NCBI GenBank assembly: GCA_001687465.1
Contig: LVLI01000088.1
Location: 1-54,220, forward strand
From: Halocafeteria seosinensis
Lineage: Eukaryota
Length of the DNA stretch: 54,220 nucleotides
Direction: 5' to 3'
The notes below the pieces were generated by a model, which was not told the DNA's origin, searched no databases, and was given only the letters and a program-made list of their open reading frames with translations. Positions 35,100-48,926 of this stretch are shown piece after piece. Position numbers and translations under genes: made by a program. Each line of letters starts with the position of its first letter. Within the stretch, counting starts at the first letter, position 1.

Positions 35100-38000
35100 A
35101 TGGTCGACAGAGGCGAACCATTATCATCGCTGGAAACCCGAAGCGAAGCCGCTGCACTTCTGGCGGAGGAAGAGGCCAAACTGCATGAGCCGTACTTGCA
35201 AGGATACGGACACCGTTTCACTGACCTTTATGATGAAGAAGAAAAAGCGAATTTGGAAAGCCGCTTCGCTCGCTTCGTGAATAACAAGTGTCCCATCGTG
35301 GCACGAGGGATGGTCTTGTTTCTGGCGTTCCCGTTGATGATTGCGAGCCTAGTTGTGTCAAAGCTTTCCTTGTTCGCTCTGGGTCACTCGTATCGCAGGC
35401 TGAGTAATCTCAGCAAAGCCCAACAAGAGGAACATCGTTGTCAGATTCGTTTCGCCAGCTTTTGGGCTATTGCCGCTCCTGCATTTCTCCAGTTGTTGCT
35501 GATGGGCGTGGCCTTTGCCAGCAGCCGCAGATACGATCTTCCTCCGAAGGAGACTATGAAAGGAGAACGCCGTCGGAGAATCAGGGAAAACCTAGAAAAG
35601 CGGCGCCTGCAAACAGTACGGTATCGCGGAATGCTAAAGGGCAACCCTCAAACGCTTTCTTCAAACGAAGAGAAGTCATTTGGTTCCCTTAATATCAACG
35701 GTGGAGTAGGGAGTTGTTCCGCGCGGGCAACACATGCTGGGCAGTCGATACGACACAACGAGGAAATATCGCAACACGGCCAACGAGGCGGCTCGAGCGT
35801 ATCTGTAAATTCGACTCAGTTAGCAGTCTGTAATGGTTCCTCTACGCCAGAACCTCAGCTGGAAAATGATGTTTCAAGAACCACCTATTTTTGGCTATGT
35901 TTAGGAGTAAGTCGTCGTTTCGCCTCTATATCGGTAGTACTGATAGTTGTAAGGACTTTTGCTCATCTTCTTCAGGTGTTGTTTGACCCTCTACTGTCCG
36001 CAATAGGCACGATGTACTTGGTATTTTCGATCATCCCGTCTCAGGATTGGTTTGTGACGTCCGCGCAAATGATGGCAATACCTTTGCTGTGGAATGGTAC
36101 AAGCTTCCTTCATCGGGCATTGCTTTCCGAATCGAACAAAAGATTCCGCACCGGTATGCGTAAAGCGCGGCTTATAGGAGATCTCTTTGCGTTTTTTGTG
36201 CAAGTCGGGCTCATTGCTGGAGTTACATCTCAAGCTACAAAGCAACTAGACACAAGCGCAAGCGGAGTGACTGTGCCGTTTACTCTGTTTGGTGGCTTCA
36301 CTATCTTGAGAACTCGTTTGAGTGATGACCGAAGTCCCGCAAATGTGTCGAATGTTTTCAATGGTGAGCCAGCGCACCGCCTAAAGTATGCATTCATAAG
36401 ACTGCTGGTCGAAGCCCTGAGCATAGCCTTGACTGGAACATTTGCATGGAGTACGGATAGCAGTTTGTTTCCTCGATCTACTCAGTGTTCCCAGTCGTAT
36501 GGGTTCCTGTGGAAATTTGATTCGGCTACGTCGAATCAGTACCTGGAACTAACGATAACTCATGTTGGTAGTTCTCTCCTAGTTGTGTTATTGGCAAAGC
36601 TTGTGTGCAGCATGAGAATGAATCTGACAGGATTGGCACTTCCTTTATCGCTATTTTGGCCTATATTCTTCGGGATCGCTGCCTCGCTGTACGGCCAGAT
36701 TTCTCAGCCGTTTGTTTGGGGAGACGATGCCACTGAATTGACGGACATGAGGGGCATATTAGCCCTGATTATAATTGGATGCTTTGCTCAGGTAAGGGCA
36801 CAAAAGACGCACTGCATTTGATTTATTTCCTTGTGAGCCGTTTGCTTGGTTGCTTCAGTTCTGGAGCTGTCGCCCCCTTTGGTATGAGATGGACACTTCT
36901 TTATCTAGCGAAAGTTCTATCTGGTACCTGCCGTTCTTTAATTTCGCTGTTCTGGACCAATTTTTACTTCTAAACAGAGGAGAGAAAGCGCCGAATTGGA
37001 AGAAATCCTCTGGAACACATCCGCAGCGCGCGTCAAACCGACCCCAGCTGGAAGGCGATGAAACTCAAGAAGCCCGCGCTACCAATAATAGTGAGGCTGA
37101 CCAAAGCGCGACAACAAATGTTGCTGCTACATCAGCTGCTCAGGGTGTAGATGAAGAAGATATCATTCTTAAGGTAGGGTTATGAATATGCCTACTCAGA
37201 CAGTGTCTACTGAAACTCTGATAAGTCGCTTTCGCAGATGTCCCAAAAGTTGGAGTCTGCGGTCCCAATGCTAACAGAAAAAAGGAAACAGCATCACATA
37301 ATCTTAGCGACGTGCATGTGGCAAGAAGATGAAAAGAAAATGAGAGAGTGGGCTCTTTCACTGGGTAGTGTTGTTCACCAGGTACTGAAAACAGCCAAAA
37401 AGTACGTAGTATTTCTCCCCCATCCGAAGCTCATTTTGAGAAATCAAACACTGTTTACCGCAGTTGTTTTATTTCGCCAGCGGGAGTGTACTCTTGTGAT
37501 ACTTACGAAGCACATGTCGTGATGGATTGTGCTTTTGAACGCCCGAAAGACTTCGCGGAAAGAGACACCGAGCTCCCCGTAACGGCCACTTCAGATTTAA
37601 GGCGACCAACTACGTACACTGCCATTCTCTTTGAAGTTTTGGAACAAGCTCTTGGTACATCTATACCCTATGCCGATGTTGGCGACTGTTTGTTTGAGCA
37701 TCAGGAAACTACTGAGTATGGGATTGTCGTAAAAGCGGACCTAATTCCGCCAGAGGCAAAGAAACAAATCCGATATTGGGTCTACACAAACTTTTGTAGC
37801 TATTGGAATATTCGGATTGATGAACCGTTTACAGAACAACAGCAAGCATTGTTTGAAAGAACGTTGGAACATTTCAATGTCAACTTCTTCCTATTCATAC
37901 ATTTGAAGGTAAGTCCTCTAGTTGTACAATTCCGGTACTGGGGTGCTTGAATGTGACCGCTGCGCCGCAGGATCCCGTCTTGTGCAGGAAAGGGAAAAGG

Positions 38001-40537
38001 AGCAGCCAGATTCTGTATCTCAACTTCGTCTTCGCTGAACTGGAAAAGAGAAAGCGGGGATTGGCTAGGGGACGAAGTGCTAATGCTCCGTCAATGAAGC
38101 ACACCTTAATAGTTACCACGGATGGAGATACATCATTTGAATTCAAGGACATTGATGCGCTAGTGGATACTCTGGTATGTAAAGTTCCACATGGTGAATG
38201 TAGTTGCGTGTCGCAATGAAAACTGGCGGCGGTTTTCCTCTGGGTTCTCAGGTTCGTGACGACGAGGCTGCTGGAGCTTGCGGTCGGGTCCGTCCTCTAG
38301 GCTCCGGTATCTTGGCATGGTATCAACAACTGGAGTATGCATCTATTCATTGGTTCCAAAAACCCGCAGAACATGTCCTAGGAACTGTCCAATGTTGTCC
38401 TGGGTGCTTTAGCATCTGGAGGATGAGCCGTGTGCACGAAATATTGCATGAATTTTCTCAGCCTAGTGCGGACGCGAAAGAATTTTTGCTCAAAGAACAG
38501 GGTGAAGATCTATGGATGAGTGCTTTAATGATTCAACATGGATGGCGAATGAACTACTGTGCCGCAGCAGTTGGTTATACTTTTGCTCCAGAAACGTTCA
38601 GTGCGTTTTTTGATCAGAGACGCCGTCGGCTTTCTTCTATAGCAGCCAATATGTATAATCTTATTACGAATGGCTCTAAAGCCGCACTCAAGCGTGGGCG
38701 ATCCGGTCTACCATTAACATACCGGATGTATATCTCTTCAATGTTCGTGCTAAAAATGATTGCTCCCGCTATCGTTATCTTGCTCGTCACTGAAGGAATT
38801 AAATTTGCCATTAGCGTGGGGACGTGGGCAGGGTTCGTTATTTCAATGCTGGTACCGCTACTATTTGTGGCGTTCATTGCATGGCAACAATATTGGAAGA
38901 CACACCATTCACAGTTTTATAGTTGCTGCGGGCATTCAGCAGGACCAGCAGGACTCAGCAGCAACGGCGAGGAGGCGTCATTGTTAGATGAACAGTCCCG
39001 AACGAAGAAACTGCAGGAACAGCAGCTTAACGTTGCTTTCTGGTTAACAATTGGGTATGGCTTTCTCGTCATTCTCATGTTAGTTGGGCTACTTGTTAAT
39101 ATGGTCCAGGAATCCTACCATTCGGCGAAGAACGCCTTTTTCATGTCACTGACCGGTTTATTCGTAGTCACGTTACTGATCCACCCCAGAGACCTCGGTG
39201 GAGCACTCAATGGCGTTGTCTTTTTAGTATTAACCCCCATGATCTACCTAGTTTTGTACATATATGCATTTGGTAAGTTGCACTGGGAAGTGCGCTACGT
39301 CATTATATGCTCGACTTTTGGTACTTGTGGTTTCTCTGCAGCAAATATGAACTTAATGAACTGGGATAATTCAAAGTTATTTCCTGAAGATGTAGAACCA
39401 AGTAAAACATCAGCAATGGCAGCACTGATTATGGAAGACCCTGTGGCAACTGATATCTCTATCAGAGACAGAAGCGAAGAGTCCGGGTTGGATCAGGAAG
39501 AGCACAACACAGCGCTGACTCAGTCTCTCGAGTTGTACTTCGAGGTACCAATTGAACTTTCACCGGAAAGACAACTTGGCGATATCCAAGCAGCACTGCG
39601 CAGATTGTCAGAGGAAACATTCAGGAACTTCCGCGACGAATCGGTTCCTCCTGGAGAATATTGTGCGGTTTTTCTGAGTGGGGATATAATGCTTACCACA
39701 ATCCAGCAATGGCTTACGTTTTGGCGACGTGACGAGGATATGGAGAAAGTATGGCTTTTTAGTGATTCTTACCATCCGCTATTGGTTGGCCTGGAAACCC
39801 GCCGCGCTGCGAGTGTGCGGAGGCGGACGAGGTATGGCAGGCATATACAACAGTACGTCGTGAGGCAGGATATTCCCACTTTCTACCAAGATACTCAGTC
39901 CTATCAAGGCCCTCAGTGCCGCGGGGGGTCCAGAAGGGAAGGTTCATTGATGGATGAAAGGACTCGCAACGATAAGTTACAGAAGGAGTTGAAAGACCTG
40001 AGAGCTCAGGTATGTCTAATTGTTTTTTTAGTAAATCTCTTCGTCTCAATGTGCGTCGTTGCAATGTCGCTGTCGCCACAACTTTCTGTGCTGAAGGACA
40101 ACATAGCTGGTGTGGTTCTTTTGGTAGGTTGTGGAATTGTTTTGTCCATTCAGTTTCTGTGTATGCTTGTTCATCGTTGGGAAACCTTTATGATTTTGGC
40201 ATCATTCCCATTCCCGTTTGAGAGGCGCATCCAGCGTAGTATATTGAGTATATGCAATCACATTGGGAAGTATCGAAAGATTGCTCACAGTCCTGGAGTC
40301 TCTCATGAAGGAACGGGTATACCAATATCCGCACATCATATGGACTTCCTCAAAGAGGATGCTGAATCCACGTCCATGTCCACAACCGCGGAACACCAAT
40401 TGTTCACGCAGTGTATCCGTTGCTGCAAGCGCAATCGCGGCAACCATGATTCTAGTACAACCAGAATGGATGGAGTTTACGAGGGAGTCCCGGAGGAGCC
40501 ACGTCGAGAGGCACCTCAAACCAACGAGCCGACTTAA
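35100..40537 (+). CDS. CHS: Chitin synthase paralog 1 (animal-type architecture), open reading frames intact but catalytic motifs altered
   Basis: ATCMWQE, YEAHV, IHLK|D, KGKRSSQ, TDGD, HWFQKPAEHVLGTVQCCPGCFS; but GEDL, QRRRR and NWD replace GEDR, QRRRW and SWG. An extra 5' exon is possible. Confidence 0.85.
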
Positions 40538-40736
40538 CACATCGTAGAAGTTAAACGGCGCAAAGGCATATGCAAATTATTTGTGGTTTAGGTGATTCAT
40601 GCGGATAGAGTTCGAAACATCGGGTTAGCTCAGCTGCTGTAGTTTCCCTCGTGGCGATGCCCAATTGCAATTGCAGCAACTTTCTAACCTACAATTTCTA
40701 GGTGCTCTGCGTCCGTACGTGGTAGCAACTGCCCGC

Positions 40737-40768
40737 CACACATAAAAATTTGTATATGTGTCCCGCTC
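40737..40768 (-). mobile_element. Isolated terminal-repeat remnant related to the end of the Mutator-like element at 52838
   Basis: Reverse complement GAGCGGGACACatataCAAATTtttatgtgtg resembles 52838 GAGCGGGACACgtttcCAAATTgtatttgtg. Confidence 0.5.
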
Positions 40769-41823
40769 GGGTGAGTACAGCCGTCTATATCCCCACTATC
40801 ATCCCCATCGGAATGATGCATTAGTATCATGTGGCACACCTAAGTCAATGTTACCATTACCCTGAACATGGAGAATACATATGCTAAATAGGTATCCGTG
40901 CACAGCCGTCAAGACCATAATACAGTCTACCGGGGTATGTATGCACGTACCATATGGTATAGTCAGTTCCATGATGAACTTCCATCCAACAGATCAGAGC
41001 TGTATTGTACACCGTTGGCGGGAGGACGCACTCAATACCCATTCACTTATGCGGAACCTGCCGCAACTCCTTTGTAAAGCATGGTGAAGTCGAAATAATA
41101 AGGCGTTGGTTCCAGGTTTCGGGCGTCCAAGGTTTCCGTTGAGTGGCGGCGGGTGCGGGATGTGTAAAGTTTACACTGTAAACCATGGGAGACATACTTT
41201 TCGACTCCAGAAATAACGCACATGTAAGCGTGTTGACGACTGTATATCTTCCTCATCCTGCTATCTGTCAATTGGGGCCTCCTTCCCGTTTTCCTCTTGG
41301 AGTGCCAGCACTGCCAGGTCGCATGCATGTTTGCGATCCCAGCGTGAGGAACATTTCCGGAATCCGGGCACTTTTCTTCTTTGGGGTAGGTAGACTTTGT
41401 AGTGCTTTCGTGTTTGTGTGTTCCTCGCTGTGGGAAATAGGAGGGCAGAGAGTATCATCCTCCATCTTTCCCTGTCTGTCTCTCTTTTTTGGGATTGGGA
41501 AAAGTTCTTTGCATGTCTTTATGGAGCGAGGAAGCTCAGCCGGACACGCAGAACGGGTCTTTGCGCTCCAGGCTCTGTTTCAGCTGCACAGAACGAAGCA
41601 CCACAGAAACACCCGTAGGATTCTTAGAATAGATAGAGGCGAGTCTTATACGACTGTGCAATAATCCACACGTGCGTGTGGGAAAGCATTAGAAAGAATA
41701 AAAGGGGTGCTTGTTGTCCGCACCGGCCCTTGCCCCCCTCTCCGAGAGTCGTTTTACGAGATACATAGCACCATAACGACCTGTTTCCATTCGGCAAACT
41801 AGTACTTTATCCCGTACCAGAAA

Positions 41824-44800
41824 ATGGCGGATGGACGGCGCCGCGTTCGGTCCTTGGAGTTCCAAAGAGAATCCGCGGCTGAGCAGGAATCGACGTCGTA
41901 CATGTACGAAGGCGACGAGGGGCAAACAAGCCCCCATAAGTCACCGCCGAGTTCTCAAGGCAAAAGCACGACATCGGGCTCGCGGATCAATCTCGTCAAA
42001 CGGTTTTCCACCAACTCTCTCGACTTGGAAGATGAATTGGGAGACAAGGAGCAATGGCACCTCGCGGAGGAGGAAGCCAAATTGTATGAGCCGTATTTGC
42101 AAGGTTATGGAGATCATGCTGAAAACTACCATGATGATCAAAAGAACGAAGAATGTTACGCTGACTTGATAAACAGCCGCTGTCCGGTCTATGCGCGGGC
42201 ATTCGTCCTGTTTCTAGCATTTCCGCTGATGCTTGCCAGCCTTGTTGCGTCGAAGTTGTCACTGTTCGCCTTGGGACACTCGTATCACCGACTAGATCAC
42301 CTGGATGAGACGGAGAAAGAGGAACACCGTTGCGAGATTCGTTTTGCGAGTTTTTGGGCGGTATTTACGCCAGTACTAGTCCAGTTCATCCTTATAGGAC
42401 TCTCGTTCGCTAGCACGCAGAAATACGACCTTCCCCGACAGGAATCACGCAGGGAAAAACTCGACCGTCAAATCAGGGAAAACAGGGAGCGCCGACGCCA
42501 GCGAGGCATGAGAGTGTCTGGAAGAGGTATTGGACACACCTCAACGTTCGGCTCGATAGATGAAGAAAATAAATCACTTGGCTCAGTGAATGAGTCACGG
42601 CACTATGCTGCCTCCCCTCGAGCAGACCCAATCCAAAGTCCTACTTCGGCATCGAGTACCAGCTCTCAAAGCGTTCAGTCATTTGATGAGAATATGCATC
42701 TTCCAAGTGGAAGTTCGGGTGCCAGTGTTGCGCTGACCCAGGCGACTGACAACAACAATTTTACTACTCCAGAACTCCGACCAAGCAAGGATAACTCCAA
42801 ATTGACAAAGTACTTTTGGTTGCCATTAGGAGTAAGTCGATCTGTAGGTGTTTTGTCTTTCATGTTGTTGCTTCACGTTTGACTGATCTCTATTGTATTA
42901 TACAGGTGCTCTTCGACCCGATACTCTCTGCAGTTGGTACCATGTGTTTGGTATTTTCAATCATTCCGTCTCAGGATTGGTATGCTACCTCTGCGCAAAT
43001 GATGGCACTACCTGCTCTGTGGAATGGCTTAGGCTTTCTTCATCGAGCTTTCCTTTCTGAATCAAACAAGCGATATCGTACCGGGATGCGGAAAGCACGT
43101 CTGATAGGGGACCTCGTTGCGTTTCTTATACAAGGTGCCCTTATTGTTGGTGTTGCGCTCAAAGCTACGGACGACCACGCTGCTAGCTTAAGTGGGATTG
43201 CTGTTCCTTTTACGCTATTTGGTGGTTTAACTATCTTACGGACTCGCTTGAGTGACGATCGAAGCCCCATGAATGTTCCCAATATTTTCAACGATGAGCC
43301 AGCTCAGCGACTAAAGTACGCATGCATAAGATTGTTTGTTGAAACACTCACCATAGCCATGATTGGAACGTTTCTTTGGAGTACGGACACTGGCTTCTTT
43401 CCCTCGTCCACTGAATGCTCGAAGTCGTATGGATTTCTGTGGAGATACAACTCGCTGTTGTCAAACAAATATTTGAGGCTAGCTTTGGCCCACGTCGCAA
43501 GCTCCTTCTTGGCAGTGATGCTAGCGAAATTGGTGTGCAGTATGAGAATGAATCTGATGGGGTTAGCACTTCCGTTATCGCTATTTTGGCCGTTGTTTTT
43601 TTCAATCGCTACCTCTCTCTTCGACAAGCTACCGCGACCATTCGTTTGGGGTGATGATAATTCCGAGTTGATTGAAAACAACTGGTTGTCGGCTATAATT
43701 GTTGTCGGGGTACTAGCGCAGGTAAGTACACCACTTTGCAAGGAATTAATGCCGGTCTGACTATGTTCATACATCACCCTTTGTCACTAATGCTATGTCC
43801 CGCAGTTTTGGAGCTGCAGGCACCTTTGGTATGAGATGGACACTTCCTTATCGTATGAGAGCTCGGTGTGGTATCTTCCTTTCTTCAACGTTACGGTTTT
43901 AGATCAGTATCTGCTATTAAATAGAGGGGAAAAAGCACCGCATTGGAGGAAGACCACTAAGAGGCAACCCAAGCCTATAGAAAACGATGCCCGACCCCAG
44001 GAGGGTGCTGATGTAGAAGGAGACCAAGACACCGTAGTCAGCGACGGTGACCAGAGTATGGTAACGAGCGCTGCTGATGTGTCCGTTGCTCAAAGTGCAG
44101 ACGAAACACAGGATCTGATTTTGAAAGTAGGTCTATGCTTTTCATCGTGGCCCCTAAATTGCTGCTTATTCTGTCACCTTCTTTCCTCCAGATGTCCCAA
44201 GAACTTGATTCTCCTGCACCAATGTTGACAGAAAAACGGCAGCAACACCACATAGTCCTGGCGACGTGTATGTGGCACGAAGATCCAAAAGAGATGCGAC
44301 AGTGGGTTTCTTCCTTGGGACACGTTGTTCACAACGTGGTAGAAACGGCCAAGAAGTGCGTCCTAACCTTGTGATTTATTGCGTTTGATTGTCCTAACAA
44401 ACAATTGCTTGCTTACCGCAGTTGCTTCATTTCCCCAACCGGTGTATATTCGCGTGATACATACGAGGCGCATGTCGTAGTAGACTCCGCATTTGAGCGC
44501 CCCAAAGATTTTACTGATGCACAAGTAACTCCTAGTTCAGATATCAGAAGACCGAACATATATACGTCGACACTTCTTAAAATCCTTGAGGAAGAGCTTG
44601 GCGCTGCGATACCTTATATTGATCTCACCGACCATTTGTTCAGTCATCAAATTGTTACGGAGTACGGAGTTGTCATCAAGGTAAACTTGATCCCTCCGGA
44701 CGCAGAGAATGAAATTCGTTATCGCGTTCGAAGAGATTTTTGCAATTACTATGGCATCAACTCAAACTCGGAGCTGACGGAACAACAACAGAATACGTTC

Positions 44801-47800
44801 GACAGGGTGCTTGAGTATTTCAATGTTGGCTTTTTCTTGTACATTCACTTGAAGGTGCGTCTTTCACGGAAATCAACTGGGGTCAATAGCTAAATAGAGT
44901 AGTATGACTGGTCCTTGCAGGACCCTATTTTATGCTACAATGGCAAGCGAAACAACCAAGTTCTGTATATGAACTTCATACTCGGTGAAGTGGAGAGAAG
45001 AAAGCGAGAAGCGCGCAAGAAGAAACGGGCGTTCGACGTTCCATCAATGAAGCACACCTTACTAGTTACAACAGATGGTGACACATCTTTTGAGTTTAAA
45101 GATGTGGATGCACTAGTGGATTCCCTTGTATGTGCATCAAGTTTGCTGTTCTTGTTTACAGTTCTGTCAAGGATCCGGTGATATCCTCTCTTGTACTTCT
45201 GCAGGTTCGAGATGAAGAGTCTGCCGGAGCTTGTGGACGGATCCGTCCTCTAGGTTCTGGAATGATGGCTTGGTATCAACAGTTTGAGTACGCATCGGGC
45301 CACTGGTTTCAAAAGACCGCAGAGCATGTCCTTGGAACCGTCCAATGCTGTCCAGGATGTTTTAGTATTTGGCGGATGAGTCGTCTGAACGAAATATTAT
45401 ATGAATATTCGCAACCTAGTGAGGATGGGCAAGAGTATTTGCGAAAGGACCAGGGAGAGGATCGCTGGATGTGCACTTTGTTGATTCAACATGGGTGGAA
45501 GATGAGCTACTGTGCTGCAGCAGTGGCATATACGTTTGCTCCCGAAGGTTTCAGCGTGTTTTTTGACCAGCGGCGGCGTTGGCTTTCTTCGACCATGGCC
45601 AACATGTACGATCTTATTTTGACCGGCTCTAAAGTGGCCAACAATCACGGACGGTCAGGCCTGCCGCTGATTTATCGTATGTACATCTTTATGATGTTCT
45701 TATTGGGTATTTTCACCCCAGCTACCATAGTGATCTTTGTCGCCGGGGGCATTGAGCTGGCTACAAACAAAGGAGCTGGATTAGGATTTTTTGTCTCTAT
45801 TTTAATTCCCCTCCTTTTTGTTGCGCTGATATTATGGCAGGAATACCGGAAGTCTCACGGCTCTCCCTTCCGAAATTGCTGCGGCCGTGCTAATGATTCA
45901 GGTGATACTGAGAGGAGCTTGCTCCCTGAAACGTCTGAAACGGCTTTAACTGCTAAGTTCAAGAAGCAACAAATTAGTTTGGCGTTCTGGTTAAGCATTG
46001 TATATGGTTTTCTCCTGATACTGGTATTGGTCAGCCTTATTGTAAAGGCGTTTAAAGAATTTTACTCCGCGGAGACGTTTTTCCTGTTATCCCTCATCGG
46101 ACTCTTCGTTAGCACGATGATCCTTCACCCTCGGGACATACCGGGAGCCTTTAACGGATTTATTTACTTTCTGTTTATCCCAATGGCTTATCTAATTCTT
46201 TACATGTATGCTTTTGGTAAGTTATTGTCGTTAACGCGGTGACAGTTTACTTGGTAAACTCTCATTCCATTGCCTGTACAGCTAACATGAATGTTATGAG
46301 TTGGGGTACACGCAGTGAAGATGCTGAGTCCAACGAAGGATCGGAAGCGGAATTTTACATCGTTGAAGACCCTATTGCTACTGACGTCTCTATTCGACGC
46401 AGAAACAATGGTAATCAAAACACCGACGCGTTGGCGGCATCGCTTGAGCTGTATTTCGAAGTTCCTGTAGAGCTTTCTTCAGAAAGAGAACACGCTCGTA
46501 TCAAAGATAAGCTAAAGGTGTTAGCAGAGGAAACATCGAGAGAATTCAAGGACCAGTCTGTCTCTCCCGGTTCCTCGTGCATGAATCTCGAAGCTTCACA
46601 TGATGGATACTGCGTTATCTTTACAGGGGATGGTGTATGCCTTAGCACAATTTCACAATGGCTAACATATTGGCGAAATGTAGATGGAATGGAAAAGGTC
46701 TGGATATTTTGCGATAGCTATCATCCTTTGCTATTAAATTTGGCACGCCGACGCTCCCTAAATCTGGAACGCTTATCGAGGTATGGGACGCATATACTGC
46801 AATATGTCGTGCGGAAGGAAGTTCCTCGTTTCTATCGGCTGCCTAAGACTACTGAGTCCTTTTTCACTACCAATCAGTTGCGAGGGGGAACACGGAGAAC
46901 TGACACTGGTCCAAGAGATGAGCAGAGTCGTAAGGGCAACCTGCAGAAGGAATTAGACAGTCTGAGGACGAAAGTATGCCAGATAATTCTTTTACTGAAT
47001 CTTTTCTGGCCTGTAGTCGTCGTTTCGATGTCCTTGTCGCCTCAGCTATACGTTTTCCAGTCTAACTTCGCTGGCCTCTCATTCTTGATATTTTGCGGAA
47101 TCGTGCTTGCGATCCAGTTTCTTTGCATGCTTGTACATCGCTGGGAAACATTCATGACTTTAGTATCCCTCCCTTTCGCATTCGAGAGGAGCTTCCATAG
47201 TGGTGTCATGAATATGTGCTCTGCTTTGGGAAAGAGGAAGTACACCGCAAATCTGTCGGAAAGAGAGCACTTCCCTCGCTCTGATGCGACAGAAACAACA
47301 CCGTGCATGCCCAAAATTTGTTCTCGCTGTTACCCGCACCGTCGTGAACAGCTTGAGTCGACGGAGCCTGAAACTAATGGAATTGGCTATGAAGAACGTC
47401 AAGAATTAAACGGAAGGTCTGCAGAGCCTCCCCAAGGCGAGTCTTCTGGAATCGGAGCCGCTCAGGGTAAAAAAACACACGGCATGTGCCCTTGTTTTCA
47501 GCGGTGTAGAAAGAGGAACGAGCCAGTGTATGATGATCAACCTAGCCCGGCACAGTATCAAAGTGGCGGTTCTGCAGTGTTTCCGCAGAATTTCTACGAG
47601 GAACGATACTCGGATACACTCACTCCTGAGACATACCAGGAAGTGGGTCAGAACGCAGACACTCTCGTACCCCATGCATATCAAAACCAAGGCGCTTTAC
47701 ATCCCACTGATCCTTCCCAGCATCGAGCTCACGGCCAGTACGCGGAACATCAGGAGCCCCAACTATCCAACGGCCGTAACTCTGTCCCGTCGGGTCTGCG

Positions 47801-48272
47801 AAGATCTCATCAACAGGTTATACAGTCTGGTAGCAGTAGTGAGGGCATAAAGGAAAGCACGAGCCTGTCTCAACAGCAAGCAACTCGTCATCATCCCCAG
47901 CAGGTCAACGGTGTATCCATCAGGCCAGCAGAAGAAGTCGAAGGAAGGAACATGCACCACCACCAACGAACTCCTCATCGTTCACAGCAAACCAATGGTG
48001 CAACCATGAGACCAACAGAAACTCGTAATTCCAGCGGGCAACAGATAGTATCTGGTCCAGGCAGAAATCCTCCATCGAATCAGAGGGGTGCTTTTACACC
48101 TCGTATTGCGCCTCCGGTTAGTCAGCAGCGAGCATCTGCCGCTAATTCCCGCTCTGGGTCCGGCTATCAGGCGCCACCGCTGCGGCCTAGAGTTGTACGG
48201 ACCCCTTCAACACAACCACACGCTAATCGGGGAAGGCGCCTTCCTATGGGAAGAGGCACGCAGAGGCGATAA
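41824..48272 (+). CDS. CHS: Chitin synthase paralog 2 (animal-type architecture), canonical motifs intact
   Basis: ATCMWHE, TDGD, QQFEYASGHWFQK, CCPGCFS, GEDRW (from 45454), QRRRW (45568-45582), SWGTR (from 46299); multiple TM segments; introns at positions matching paralogs 1 and 3. Confidence 0.92.
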
Positions 48273-48926
48273 ATGGCCAAGTAAATGAAGGACTTTTCGC
48301 AGCATCCATCACACGGCTTCCTCCCACTCCTTTTTAGCGATGCTTGGTCTTGTTTGCATACAATAGTTGGATCATTATGATATATGCATGTAATCGTATC
48401 TAGTAGGCTGTAATTTAGCTGCCAAATAGGGACATACACGCTATGTAACGCACATAAGTGTGAGACATCATGGCAGGAATAGTTCAACGTGCCGCCTGCA
48501 TCCATGTGATCAGCGTTTTTCCGAATTTCCGAACAACAAAAACTGACCCCAGTCTGGCCCGTGCGGCTCCGGCCGCGCAGCAGACGGAAATGATTCATTC
48601 ACCCATGATGGGCCATCCTTGATCTCTCCGATGGCCATAGACCGAACATGACGACTAAGAGTGTGGTATATTGTTGTCTTCTCGTTCCCGTGCGTCCCGG
48701 AAGTGTACTCTTGTATGGTGGACGTATCCTGTCGGAGTGGCCGGTTGGGTTTGTGACGCTGTTTACGTGCGCTTTCTTACGGGAAAAAATTAGGGCTTCA
48801 TAACATACGCACCCACCTTCATTCGGTGCGTATCGGCTCTAGTTGCTGAAATCACCTACTGGTAGGAGCACAAAACGGGGGGCGTTGTATAATCAGTACG
48901 ACTTCAACCATTTCATTTAATTACTA

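Noticed and set aside
41047..41664. Short ORFs between CHS paralogs 1 and 2
   Set aside because: No domain signal; stop-interrupted and not assignable.
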